From a virus (Duplodnaviria; Heunggongvirae; Uroviricota; Caudoviricetes), in IMG/VR virus record IMGVR_UViG_3300029566_000323: a stretch of DNA of 29,363 bases; one strand, given 5' to 3'. Every line of letters starts with the position of its first letter. The stretch's first letter is position 1. The notes beneath the pieces were generated by a model. That model searched no databases. It saw only the letters and a list, made by a program, of their open reading frames with translations, and was not told the origin of the DNA. A program made the position numbers and the translations under genes. This document shows, one piece after another, positions 14,970-23,716 of the stretch.

Positions 14970-15503
14970 ATGAACACCAAAATCAAATACGGCCTGTCGG
15001 CTGCCGTTCTGGCGCTGATTGCCGCTGGTGCGCCTGCGCCTGACATTCTCGACCAGTTTCTGGATGAAAAGGAAGGCAACCACACCACGGCATACCGTGA
15101 TGGTGCAGGTATCTGGACCATCTGCCGTGGTGCCATCATGGTGGATGGCAAACCTGTCGTTCCGGGCATGAAGTTGTCGAAGGAAAAATGCGACCAGGTT
15201 AACGCCATTGAGCGTGATAAAGCGCTGGCGTGGGTGGAGAAAAACATCAGAGTGCCGCTGACCGAACCCCAGAAAGCGGGGATCGCGTCATTCTGTCCGT
15301 ACAACATTGGTCCCGGTAAGTGTTTCCCGTCGACGTTTTACAGACGAATTAATGCTGGTGATCGAAAAGGTGCCTGCGAAGCGATTCGCTGGTGGATTAA
15401 GGACGGTGGCAGAGACTGCCGTATTCGTTCAAACAACTGTTACGGTCAGGTATCCCGTCGTGACCAGGAGAGCGCGCTGGCGTGCTGGGGTATCGACAGA
15501 TAA
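14970..15503 (+). CDS. R: SAR endolysin (phage lysozyme, R21-like)
   Basis: N-terminal Gly/Ala-rich weakly hydrophobic SAR segment KYGLSAAVLALIAAGAPAP followed by lysozyme core EGNHTTAYRDGAGIWTICRG…; aligns with remembered R21/RrrD. Confidence 0.9.
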   Translation: MNTKIKYGLSAAVLALIAAGAPAPDILDQFLDEKEGNHTTAYRDGAGIWTICRGAIMVDGKPVVPGMKLSKEKCDQVNAIERDKALAWVEKNIRVPLTEPQKAGIASFCPYNIGPGKCFPSTFYRRINAGDRKGACEAIRWWIKDGGRDCRIRSNNCYGQVSRRDQESALACWGIDR

Positions 15504-15659
15504 GCAGAATATTTTGCTGAAAAATGAGGAATGGCCACGCGGGCGGATAACACGAAATCCTGCGAACTGGCGAAACGTAAGTGAATAAAAGTAAAAACCC
15601 CGTTTGTTGGCACCAAGCGAGGTTTTGTGTTTCTGACCTTGAGTAAGGCAAGGGAGAAC

Positions 15660-15842
15660 ATGGCGAAGTGTAAACGAATTCTGTTGAGGTTGACTATGAA
15701 AAATGGCCTTGAACTGAAAGCGCCTGTAACTGATGACATCAGCAGAGCACTGGCTTTTGCCATTAAGTGGGTGGCGGTCGGTGTTGCTGTGTCCCCGATG
15801 CTGTATGGGCTGGCAAAACTGGTCATTGCGTTGAAATCGTGA
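15660..15842 (+). CDS. Small protein (60 aa) with C-terminal TM helix, between endolysin and Rz
   Basis: AAGGGAG RBS before ATG 15660 (alternative ATG 15696 with GAGG); C-terminal hydrophobic [27 protein letters not shown]. Confidence 0.45.
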   Translation: MAKCKRILLRLTMKNGLELKAPVTDDISRALAFAIKWVAVGVAVSPMLYGLAKLVIALKS

Positions 15843-15856
15843 AGGGAGGATTAAGC

Positions 15857-15988
15857 ATGTCAGACAAACTCATAACGCTGGCGAAGATCCTCTGTGTAAT
15901 TGTCGGCATTTCATTTTCACTAATGCTGGTTGCTCTTTTTCTTTCCATGGCCTGGATGATGTTGTCTTCGTCGGGGTTGCTGGGGTGA
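15857..15988 (+). CDS. Small membrane protein (43 aa)
   Basis: GGGAGG RBS 6 nt before ATG 15857; product [43 protein letters not shown] is almost entirely one or two TM helices; stop overlaps Rz GTG start. Confidence 0.45.
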   Translation: MSDKLITLAKILCVIVGISFSLMLVALFLSMAWMMLSSSGLLG

Positions 15989-16458
15989 ACATAAACCGAA
16001 TGCTTTCCGCGTTTATCGTTATTCTGCTGGTGGCCTGTGGTGCGCTGTGGATGGCAACAGACCATTACCGTGATAACGCGATTACCTACAAAGCGCAGCG
16101 CGATAACAAAGCCAGTGAACTGAAGCTGGCGAACGCAACCATTACTGATATGCAGGTGCGCCAGCGCGATGTTGCTGCGCTCGATGCAAAATACTCGAGG
16201 GAATTAGCCGATGCGAGAGCTGAAAATGAAACTCTTCGCGCTGACGTTGCCGCTGGTCGTAAGCGCCTGCGGATCAACGCCACCTGTCCAGGCTCCGTGC
16301 GTGAAGCCCCCACCACCTCCGGCGTGGATAATGCAACCGGCCCCCAACTGGCAGACACCGTTACACGGGATTATTTCACCCTCAGAGAGCGGCTGATGAC
16401 GATGCACAAGCAACTGGAAGGGGCACAGGACTATATCCGCACTCAGTGCCTGAAATAA
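15985..16458 (+). CDS. Rz: i-spanin Rz
   Basis: N-terminal TM anchor then …[69 protein letters not shown]…[23 protein letters not shown], near-identical in pattern to lambda Rz. Confidence 0.9.
   Translation: MNINRMLSAFIVILLVACGALWMATDHYRDNAITYKAQRDNKASELKLANATITDMQVRQRDVAALDAKYSRELADARAENETLRADVAAGRKRLRINATCPGSVREAPTTSGVDNATGPQLADTVTRDYFTLRERLMTMHKQLEGAQDYIRTQCLK
16211..16396 (+). CDS. Rz1: o-spanin Rz1 (lipoprotein) embedded in the +1 frame of Rz
   Basis: Product [61 protein letters not shown] with lipobox VVSAC and proline-rich core, matching lambda Rz1; entirely nested within Rz. Confidence 0.85.
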   Translation: MRELKMKLFALTLPLVVSACGSTPPVQAPCVKPPPPPAWIMQPAPNWQTPLHGIISPSESG

Positions 16459-16768
16459 GTTTTGTTGATGCGCCGTATCGTCGCTATATTCCCTCATTAA
16501 CAGAGACCGCAGCCCGACAGGGAGACTCCTCTGCGCGAGTGTGCGGGGATAATTAAAAACGATGCACACCGGGTTTTTACCGCGTTAATGATTCGCGGGT
16601 TTATCCCGGTGCGATGGTGGAAGAAACAGGAAGCTGTATTACAGAAAGTGCTACTACTGTATCCCGATGCGATGTATGTAATGTGAGTCAGATAATGGCA
16701 CAGGATGTGGTGATGTGGCAGTCTGGAACACAGGATATATTGTCAGAATAAGACCCGTAGGAATAAAA

Positions 16769-17095
16769 ATGAAAAGACGCCTTTTACTACTTTTTCTGTT
16801 ATCTGTCCTGGCAGTGGGATGCTCGCAGCAAAAAGCTGATGAGCCCCGGCAATTAGTGACGGTGTATCCACGATATCCGGAATATGCTGCAGCAAATTAT
16901 ATCAAGGGGCTGGTTGAGGTTAAGTTCGATATTGGTGCTGATGGGACTGTGACACGGATCGTTTTTCTCCGCTCAGAGCCTCATAATTTGTTTCGTGATG
17001 AAGTGGTGAAGGCCATGGCGAAATGGCGATTTGAAAAGAATCGCCCCTGTCAGGGAGTGAAGAGACAATTTATCTTTACGCCGTCACGTCCTTGA
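16769..17095 (+). CDS. Lipoprotein with TonB C-terminal-like domain (moron)
   Basis: MKRRLLLLFLLSVLAVGC lipoprotein signal with lipobox; mature part YPRYPEYAAANYIKGLVEVKFDIGADGTVTRIVFLRSEPHNLFRDEVVKAMAKWRFE follows the TonB_C pattern. Confidence 0.7.
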   Translation: MKRRLLLLFLLSVLAVGCSQQKADEPRQLVTVYPRYPEYAAANYIKGLVEVKFDIGADGTVTRIVFLRSEPHNLFRDEVVKAMAKWRFEKNRPCQGVKRQFIFTPSRP

Positions 17096-17187
17096 TGCTT
17101 CCAGGTAGAGAGGGGCTGGACGCAGGAGAAAAATGAAAGAGCCAGCGGTTATATTTTTGTCATGGCTGACGAGGAATGATGGAAGAA

Positions 17188-17210
17188 GGCGTTGTATGCC
17201 ACACAACGCC
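17188..17210. terminator. Hairpin between convergent genes (possible bidirectional terminator)
   Basis: GGCGTTGT-ATGCCAC-ACAACGCC perfect 8-bp stem; T-rich run downstream on the plus strand. Confidence 0.45.
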
Positions 17211-17217
17211 TCACTGT

Positions 17218-17397
17218 TCATTTCTTCTTTTTCTCTGGTGGAACCCGATGAATAAGAGTTGCACTGGTTTCCGATGAGATGGCGATATACTCGGGCAAAG
17301 TATGCTGGCAGTTTTCCAACTGGTCAAAAATACCTGCTCTCGTCTGTTGCAATGCCTGCAGCATGCGGCGGCAATGCGCCTTGCTTTTACTAACCAT
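17218..17397 (-). CDS. Small protein (60 aa), bor-position moron candidate
   Basis: AGGAAGGAAAG RBS before minus-strand ATG at 17395-17397; open frame continues upstream (to 17571), so this may be the 3' part of a frameshifted longer gene. Confidence 0.35.
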   Translation of the reverse strand: MVSKSKAHCRRMLQALQQTRAGIFDQLENCQHTLPEYIAISSETSATLIHRVPPEKKKK

Positions 17398-17458
17398 CTT
17401 TCCTTCCTCTATCAGTCGCTGCGTGAACTCATCATGTAATACCAGGTAAATGCGGATG

Positions 17459-17710
17459 TTATCGGTTTTGGCTACGCAGCATAGTACAAAACGGACAGGT
17501 GCATCCCGGGACGGGGGAGGCGTCACATGTCCCTGTGATGGTTGTTCCGGGTAATGCACTGTGTGGGGCATAAAAATGTCCGATAATTTTACTTTCTACC
17601 GCAGTTAGTTGATTCGTTGGTCCTGGTAGCACATTGGGCGAGGATTTAAATGCCAGGCAACTGAAGGATGATGTTGCAAGGGAGATAGCGAGAATATTTC
17701 TGATTTTCAT
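17459..17710 (-). CDS. Small secreted/periplasmic protein candidate (83 aa) with signal peptide
   Basis: Minus-strand ATG at 17708-17710; N-terminus MKIRNILAISLATSSFSCLA is a classic Sec signal; Cys-rich C-terminus; overlaps the extended frame of the 17218 ORF. Confidence 0.45.
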   Translation of the reverse strand: MKIRNILAISLATSSFSCLAFKSSPNVLPGPTNQLTAVESKIIGHFYAPHSALPGTTITGTCDASPVPGCTCPFCTMLRSQNR

Positions 17711-17858
17711 TTGATGATGCCTCTGTGTGAAATGACGGTAAACGACGCACTTGTGCCGGCACATAATAGCAAGCACCATAATAGATCAGATTCGATTCTT
17801 GCTGTAAGTGATAATTATTCTCGTTTTCGGGTCCTTTCCGTCGATCCAACAGGTTACG

Positions 17859-18010
17859 GGGCGGCGACCTCGCGGGTTTTCGCTATTTATGAAAATTTTC
17901 CGGGAACCATGTCCGGTTTCTCTTCAAGTTAACTATATGAAAAATAAAAAAAGAGGTCTTCTGTGAACCGGACATGCACAAAAAATAGACATGTAAGCCG
18001 GACATGACCG
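17859..18010. other. cos site: cosN (GGGCGGCGACCT cohesive end, 17859-17870) plus cosB with three CGGACATG R elements
   Basis: ACGGGGCGGCGACCTCGCGGGTTTTCGCTATTTATGAAAATTTTCCGG is essentially the lambda cosN region; downstream CCATGTCCGG (17906-17915, inverted), CCGGACATG (17968-17976) and CCGGACATG (17998-18006) flank an A-rich IHF-like segment, directly upstream of the terminase small subunit gene. Confidence 0.85.
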
Positions 18011-18053
18011 GTTTTGTTGTGATTGTGAAGTGAGAGTTTTTGCGAGGTGAGGA

Positions 18054-18563
18054 GTGGCTACGCAGACTGAAGTTGCCAGGCATTTAAGTCTGACCGATCG
18101 CCAGCTTCGCAGATTGCAGAAATTGCCGGGTGCCCCGATATCGAATAAGCGAGGGCAACTGGATCTGGATGCCTGGCGCGATTTTTACATATCGTATCTG
18201 AGAAGAAGTAAAAACGATGTGCCTGATGGCGATAGCGAAGACGACTATGAGGAGAAATTGCTTATTGCCAGATGGGAACTGACAGCAGAACAGGCTGTTA
18301 CACAGCAGTTAAAAAATGAGGTGTCAAAAGGAAAACTTATTGATACCGGGTTCTGTATTTTTGCCCTCAGCAAGCTGGCAATGGCGTTATCCAGTACGCT
18401 TGATTCCATCCCTTTATCCATGCAGCGACAGTTTCCTGATTTAACACCGCGCCATCTTGACCATCTGAAAACCCTTATTGCGAAGGGGGCAAATCAGTGT
18501 GCGCGGGCGGGGGATAAATTACCGGATTTACTCGATGAATATATCAGAGCAACAACTGAATAA
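18054..18563 (+). CDS. nu1: Terminase small subunit (Nu1-like)
   Basis: Aligns with lambda Nu1 in C-terminal two thirds (…FCIFALSKLAMALSSTLDSIPLSMQRQFPDLTPRHLDHLKTLIAK… vs …FCTFVLSRIAGEIASILDGLPLSVQRRFPELENRHVDFLKRDIIK…); GTG start with GAGGTGAGGAG RBS right after cos. Confidence 0.9.
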   Translation: MATQTEVARHLSLTDRQLRRLQKLPGAPISNKRGQLDLDAWRDFYISYLRRSKNDVPDGDSEDDYEEKLLIARWELTAEQAVTQQLKNEVSKGKLIDTGFCIFALSKLAMALSSTLDSIPLSMQRQFPDLTPRHLDHLKTLIAKGANQCARAGDKLPDLLDEYIRATTE

Positions 18564-20463
18564 TATGATGAGTGCTGTCACAACAGCATTACAGCCCCTG
18601 ATAAGGGCATTGCCGGTGACGCCAGTTGAATGGGCTGATCAAAATTATTATCTGCCTAAAGAATCTTCATATGGTGAGGGAGAATGGAAAACGCTGCCGT
18701 TCCAGATCGCCATCATGAACAGCATGGGGAATGATCAGATCCGGACTGTTAATCTGATTAAATCTGCCCGTGTTGGCTATACAAAGATGTTGCTGGGGGT
18801 GGTCGGGTATTTTATTGAGCATAAATCCCGAAACAGTCTGCTTTTTCAGCCCACGGATTCTGCCGCTGAAGATTTTATGAAGTCTCACGTGGAGGCGACG
18901 ATTCGGGATGTGCCATGTCTGAAAGACCTTTTTCCATGGCTGGGGCGTAAACATCGTGACAATACCCTCACGCTGAAACGCTTTTCATCGGGTGTGGGTT
19001 TCTGGTGCCTGGGCGGCGCTGCCGCCAAAAACTACCGTGAAAAATCCGTGGACGTGGTCTGCTATGACGAACTTTCCTCGTTCGAACCGGATGTCGAAAA
19101 AGAGGGTTCGCCAACCCTGCTTGGGGATAAACGTATTGAGGGCTCTGTATGGCCCAAATCCATTCGCGGCTCGACGCCTAAAATCAAAGGCACCTGCCAG
19201 ATCGAAAAAGCGGCCAACGAGTCGGCGCATTTCATGCGTTTTTATGTGCCCTGCCCACACTGTGGGGAGGAGCAGTATCTGAAATTTGGCGATGAATCCA
19301 CGCCTTTTGGCCTTAAATGGGAGAAGGACAGCCCCGAAAGCGTTTTCTACCTCTGTGAACATCATGGCTGCGTGATCCATCAGTCTGAGCTTGACCAGAG
19401 CAACGGGCGGTGGATCTGTGAAAACACGGGGATGTGGACCCGTGACGGTCTGACGTTTTTCAGCGCCGCGGATAATGAAATTCCGCCGCCGCGCTCCATC
19501 ACGTTCCATATCTGGACAGCGTACAGTCCGTTCACCACCTGGGTACAGATAGTCTATGACTGGCTGGATGCACTGAAAGATCCCAACGGCCTGAAAACCT
19601 TTGTGAACACCACGCTGGGCGAGACCTGGGAAGAGGCCGTGGGCGAAAAACTCGATCACCAGGTGCTGATGGATAAGGTTGTGCGTTACACGGCGGCGGT
19701 GCCTGCCCGGGTGGTTTATCTGACGGCGGGCATTGACTCGCAGCGAAACCGTTTTGAGATGTATGTCTGGGGATGGGCACCGGGAGAGGAAGCTTTTCTG
19801 GTGGATAAAATCATCATTATGGGGCGTCCTGATGAGGAAGAGACGCTGTTACGTGTGGATGCGGCGATCAACAAAAAATACCGCCATGCGGATGGCACCG
19901 AAATGACCATTTCCCGTGTCTGCTGGGACACCGGGGGGATCGATGGTGAAATCGTCTACCAGAGGTCAAAAAAACACGGTGTTTTCCGTGTGCTGCCGGT
20001 AAAAGGCGCGTCTGTCTATGGCAAGCCGGTGATCACCATGCCGAAAACCCGCAATCAGCGGGGCGTTTATCTGTGTGAAGTGGGGACGGACACCGCAAAA
20101 GAAATTCTCTATGCCCGTATGAAAGCCGAGCCCACGCCTGCGGATGAAGCCACGTCGTATGCCATCCGTTTTCCTGATGATCCGGAGATTTTTTCGCAGA
20201 CAGAGGCGCAGCAACTGGTCGCGGAAGAGCTTGTGGAGAAGTGGGAAAAAGGAAAGATGCGTCTGCTGTGGGATAACAAAAAGCGGCGTAACGAAGCGCT
20301 GGACTGCCTGGTGTATGCCTACGCGGCATTACGTGTGTCCGTGCAACGCTGGCAGCTTGATCTGGCTGTACTGGCAAAATCCCGGGAAGAAGAGACGACC
20401 CGGCCAACCCTTAAAGAACTGGCAGCGAAGCTGTCCGGAGGAGTGAATGGTTACAGTCGCTGA
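18535..20463 (+). CDS. A: Terminase large subunit (gpA-like)
   Basis: Starts MNISEQQ… and aligns along its full length with lambda gpA (…VEWADQNYYLPKESSYGEGEWKTLPFQ…KSARVGYTKMLLGV…GDKRIEGSVWPKSIRGSTPK…CPHCGEEQYLKFGD…); overlaps nu1 3' end as in lambda. Confidence 0.95.
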   Translation: MNISEQQLNNMMSAVTTALQPLIRALPVTPVEWADQNYYLPKESSYGEGEWKTLPFQIAIMNSMGNDQIRTVNLIKSARVGYTKMLLGVVGYFIEHKSRNSLLFQPTDSAAEDFMKSHVEATIRDVPCLKDLFPWLGRKHRDNTLTLKRFSSGVGFWCLGGAAAKNYREKSVDVVCYDELSSFEPDVEKEGSPTLLGDKRIEGSVWPKSIRGSTPKIKGTCQIEKAANESAHFMRFYVPCPHCGEEQYLKFGDESTPFGLKWEKDSPESVFYLCEHHGCVIHQSELDQSNGRWICENTGMWTRDGLTFFSAADNEIPPPRSITFHIWTAYSPFTTWVQIVYDWLDALKDPNGLKTFVNTTLGETWEEAVGEKLDHQVLMDKVVRYTAAVPARVVYLTAGIDSQRNRFEMYVWGWAPGEEAFLVDKIIIMGRPDEEETLLRVDAAINKKYRHADGTEMTISRVCWDTGGIDGEIVYQRSKKHGVFRVLPVKGASVYGKPVITMPKTRNQRGVYLCEVGTDTAKEILYARMKAEPTPADEATSYAIRFPDDPEIFSQTEAQQLVAEELVEKWEKGKMRLLWDNKKRRNEALDCLVYAYAALRVSVQRWQLDLAVLAKSREEETTRPTLKELAAKLSGGVNGYSR

Positions 20464-20653
20464 ACTGCAGGCGCTGCGTCAGGCGCGCCTTGATTTATTA
20501 ACCGGTAAACGGGTGGTGTCTGTCCAGAAAGATGGACGAAGAATTGAATATACGGCGGCCTCTCTGGATGAGCTTAACCGTGCGATCAATGATGCTGAGT
20601 TGGTACTGGGGACAACCCGCCGTCGCCGTCGTCCGCTGGGAGTGAGGTTATGA
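20447..20653 (+). CDS. W: Head-tail joining protein W
   Basis: 68-aa product …LTGKRVVSVQKDGRRIEYTAASLDELNRAI… matches lambda gpW (…[30 protein letters not shown]…). Confidence 0.9.
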   Translation: MVTVAELQALRQARLDLLTGKRVVSVQKDGRRIEYTAASLDELNRAINDAELVLGTTRRRRRPLGVRL

Positions 20654-22242
20654 AACGAACGCCTGTCCTGATTGATGTGAACGGCGTTCCGCTTCGGGAG
20701 AGCCTCAGCTACAACGGGGGCGGCGCAGGATTTGGCGGGCAAATGGCGGAGTGGTTGCCACCGGCGCAGAGTGCCGATGCGGCCCTGCTGCCCGCGTTGC
20801 GTCTGGGGAATGCCCGGGCAGATGATCTGGTGCGCAATAACGGGATAGCGGCCAATGCGGTGGCCCTGCATAAGGATCACATTGTCGGGCATATGTTTCT
20901 TATCAGCTACCGCCCGAACTGGCGCTGGTTGGGGATGCGGGAGACCGCGACAAAAAGTTTTGTCGATGAGGTGGAGGCGGCCTGGTCAGAATACGCAGAA
21001 GGGGTGTTTGGCGAGATCGACGTGGAAGGGAAACGCACGTTTACAGAATTTATTCGTGAAGGTGTGGGCGTTCATGCGTTTAACGGCGAAATCTTTGTGC
21101 AGCCGGTCTGGGATCCGGAGAGCACGCAACTGTTTCGTACGCGTTTTAAAGCCGTGAGTCCGAAACGGGTGGACACGCCAGGACATGGTATCGGGAACCG
21201 TTTTCTGCGGGCCGGGGTGGAGGTCGATCGATATGGTCGTGCCGTTGCGTACCATATCTGTGAGGATGATTTTCCGTTCTCCGGGAGTGGACGATGGGAA
21301 CGGATCCCGCGTGAACTTCCCACCGGGCGTCCGGCCATGCTGCATATTTTCGAGCCGGTGGAGGACGGGCAGACCCGTGGGGCTAATCAGTTTTACAGCG
21401 TTATGGAACGGCTGAAGATGCTCGATTCCCTGCAGGCAACACAGCTTCAGTCGGCCATAGTGAAGGCGATGTATGCAGCGACGATTGAAAGTGACCTTGA
21501 TACCGAAAAGGCCTTTGAATATATCGCCGGTGCGCCGCAGGGGCAGAAGGATAATCCGCTTATTAATATTCTGGATAAGTTCTCCACCTGGTATGACACG
21601 AATAGCGTGACGCTGGGCGGTGTCAAAATTCCGCACCTTTTCCCCGGTGATGATCTGAAACTTCAGACCGCGCAGGATTCAGACAATGGATTTTCGGCGC
21701 TTGAACAGGCGCTGCTGCGGTATATCGCCGCCGGTCTTGGCGTTTCCTACGAACAGTTGTCCCGTGATTACTCGAAGGTCAGTTATTCAAGTGCCCGCGC
21801 ATCCGCCAATGAGTCGTGGCGCTATTTTATGGGGCGGCGAAAATTTATTGCGTCCCGGCTGGCCACGCAGATGTTTTCCTGCTGGCTGGAAGAGGCACTT
21901 CTTCGGGGGATTATTCGTCCGCCACGGGCACGTTTTGATTTTTATCAGGCGCGATCAGCCTGGTCACGGGCTGAGTGGATTGGAGCCGGAAGAATGGCCA
22001 TTGACGGGCTCAAGGAGGTTCAGGAATCAGTGATGCGCATTGAGGCCGGACTGAGCACGTATGAGAAAGAGCTGGCGCTGATGGGCGAGGATTATCAGGA
22101 CATTTTCCGCCAGCAGGTCAGGGAATCTGCAGAGCGGGAAAAAGCCGGACTCTCACGTCCGGTGTGGATAGCGCAGGCGTATCAGCAGCAGATAGCGGAG
22201 AGTCGCAGGCCGGAAGAGGAGACAACACCACGTGAGACGTAA
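20650..22242 (+). CDS. B: Portal protein (gpB-like)
   Basis: 530 aa, correct size and position after W; ATG overlaps W stop. Confidence 0.9.
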   Translation: MKRTPVLIDVNGVPLRESLSYNGGGAGFGGQMAEWLPPAQSADAALLPALRLGNARADDLVRNNGIAANAVALHKDHIVGHMFLISYRPNWRWLGMRETATKSFVDEVEAAWSEYAEGVFGEIDVEGKRTFTEFIREGVGVHAFNGEIFVQPVWDPESTQLFRTRFKAVSPKRVDTPGHGIGNRFLRAGVEVDRYGRAVAYHICEDDFPFSGSGRWERIPRELPTGRPAMLHIFEPVEDGQTRGANQFYSVMERLKMLDSLQATQLQSAIVKAMYAATIESDLDTEKAFEYIAGAPQGQKDNPLINILDKFSTWYDTNSVTLGGVKIPHLFPGDDLKLQTAQDSDNGFSALEQALLRYIAAGLGVSYEQLSRDYSKVSYSSARASANESWRYFMGRRKFIASRLATQMFSCWLEEALLRGIIRPPRARFDFYQARSAWSRAEWIGAGRMAIDGLKEVQESVMRIEAGLSTYEKELALMGEDYQDIFRQQVRESAEREKAGLSRPVWIAQAYQQQIAESRRPEEETTPRET

Positions 22243-23680
22243 TCTTTCACACATTATTGCCGCAGCATTCAATGAACCGCTGCTTCTGGAGCCCGCCTAT
22301 GCGCGGGTTTTCTTTTGCGCGCTCGGGCGCGAGATAGGGGCAGCAAGTCTTTCGGTACCACAACAACAGGTACAGCTTGATGCTCCCGGAATGCTGGCTG
22401 AAACGGACGAGTACATGGCCGGAGGTAAACGACCGGCCCGTGTTTACCGGGTGGTGAACGGTATTGCTGTACTGCCGGTGACCGGCACGCTGGTGCACCG
22501 GCTGGGCGGTATGCGGCCATTTTCCGGAATGACAGGCTATGACGGCATTGTCGCCTGTCTTCAGCAGGCAATGGCGGATAGCCAGGTGCGGGGCGTACTG
22601 CTGGACATTGACAGTCCGGGCGGGCAGGCCGCCGGCGCGTTTGACTGCGCTGACATGATTTACCGCCTCCGTCAGCAGAAGCCGGTCTGGGCACTGTGCA
22701 ATGACACTGCCTGTTCTGCAGCCATGCTGCTGGCGTCGGCCTGCTCCCGACGGCTGGTTACCCAGACATCCCGTATCGGCTCCATTGGCGTGATGATGAG
22801 CCATGTCAGCTATGCCGGTCATCTGGCGCAGGCCGGTGTGGATATCACGCTGATTTATGCCGGGGCGCACAAGGTGGATGGCAATCAGTTTGAAGCGTTG
22901 CCGGCAGAGGTTCGCCAGGACATGCAGCAGCGGATTGATGCGGCGCACCGGATGTTTGCCGAAAAAGTGGCGATGTATACCGGGTTGTCTGTGGATGCGG
23001 TCACGGGAACAGAGGCCGCCGTTTTTGAAGGTCAGTCCGGCATTGAGGCCGGGCTGGCGGATGAATTAATCAATGCGTCGGATGCCATCAGTGTGATGGC
23101 CACGGCGCTGAACAGTAATGTCAGAGGAGGCACTATGCCGCAATTAACTGCAACGGAAGCCGCCGTGCAGGAGAACCAGCGAGTGATGGGGATCCTGACA
23201 TGCCAGGAAGCGAAAGGACGTGAACAGCTTGCCACGATGCTGGCAGGGCAACAGGGCATGAGCGTTGAACAGGCCCGGGCGATTCTGGCCGCGGCGGCAC
23301 CGCAGCAGCCGGTGGCATCCGCGCAGAGTGAAGCCGATCGCATTATGGCGTGTGAAGAAGCGAACGGTCGTGAACAACTGGCGGCTGCACCACTGGCGGA
23401 TGCCGGGCCCTCACTTCGTGATCAGATCATGGCCCTGGATGAGGCAAAAGGGGCAGAAGCGCAGGCTGAAAAACTGGCGGCCTGCCCGGGAATGACCGTG
23501 GAGAACGCCCGGGCTGTGCTGGCTGCGGGATCAGGTAAGGCCGAACCGGTCTCTGCATCCACAACCGCCCTGTTTGAACATTTCATGGCGAATCATTCAC
23601 CGGCAGCGGTGCGGGGTGGCGTGTCACAGACGTCAGCAGACGGTGATGCGGACGTGAAAATGCTCATGGCCATGCCATGA
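22232..23680 (+). CDS. C: Prohead protease gpC-like (S49/ClpP-type) with in-frame C-terminal Nu3-like scaffold region
   Basis: 482-aa ORF after portal; N-terminal part has S49-peptidase-like pattern (…VLLDIDSPGGQAAGAFDCADMIYRLRQ…); C-terminal third is Ala/Gln/Glu-rich with repeated CQEAKGREQLA / CEEANGREQLA segments typical of scaffold proteins; GTG start. Confidence 0.9.
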   Translation: MRRNLSHIIAAAFNEPLLLEPAYARVFFCALGREIGAASLSVPQQQVQLDAPGMLAETDEYMAGGKRPARVYRVVNGIAVLPVTGTLVHRLGGMRPFSGMTGYDGIVACLQQAMADSQVRGVLLDIDSPGGQAAGAFDCADMIYRLRQQKPVWALCNDTACSAAMLLASACSRRLVTQTSRIGSIGVMMSHVSYAGHLAQAGVDITLIYAGAHKVDGNQFEALPAEVRQDMQQRIDAAHRMFAEKVAMYTGLSVDAVTGTEAAVFEGQSGIEAGLADELINASDAISVMATALNSNVRGGTMPQLTATEAAVQENQRVMGILTCQEAKGREQLATMLAGQQGMSVEQARAILAAAAPQQPVASAQSEADRIMACEEANGREQLAAAPLADAGPSLRDQIMALDEAKGAEAQAEKLAACPGMTVENARAVLAAGSGKAEPVSASTTALFEHFMANHSPAAVRGGVSQTSADGDADVKMLMAMP

Positions 23681-23716
23681 AGTCAGTGCTGACCATCAAT
23701 ATGAGGTTTTAACAAA

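Noticed and set aside
14646-15307. Minus-strand ORFs (145 aa and 125 aa) across the endolysin region
   Set aside because: Antisense to the 296-aa gene and the SAR endolysin, both well supported on the plus strand.
16459-16768. Tiny ORFs and hairpins in the 310-bp gap between Rz and the TonB-C lipoprotein gene
   Set aside because: Candidate peptides are 10-32 aa without RBSs; hairpins are imperfect; likely promoter/terminator spacer for the moron, not called.
18985-19659. Minus-strand 224-aa ORF
   Set aside because: Entirely antisense within the terminase large subunit gene, whose plus-strand product aligns end to end with lambda gpA; GC-rich antisense frames commonly stay open.
20986-21636. 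Minus-strand 216-aa ORF (and other antisense ORFs at 22247-22948 and 23032-23343)
   Set aside because: Antisense to portal and gpC genes that have clear lambda homology on the plus strand; no RBS evidence.
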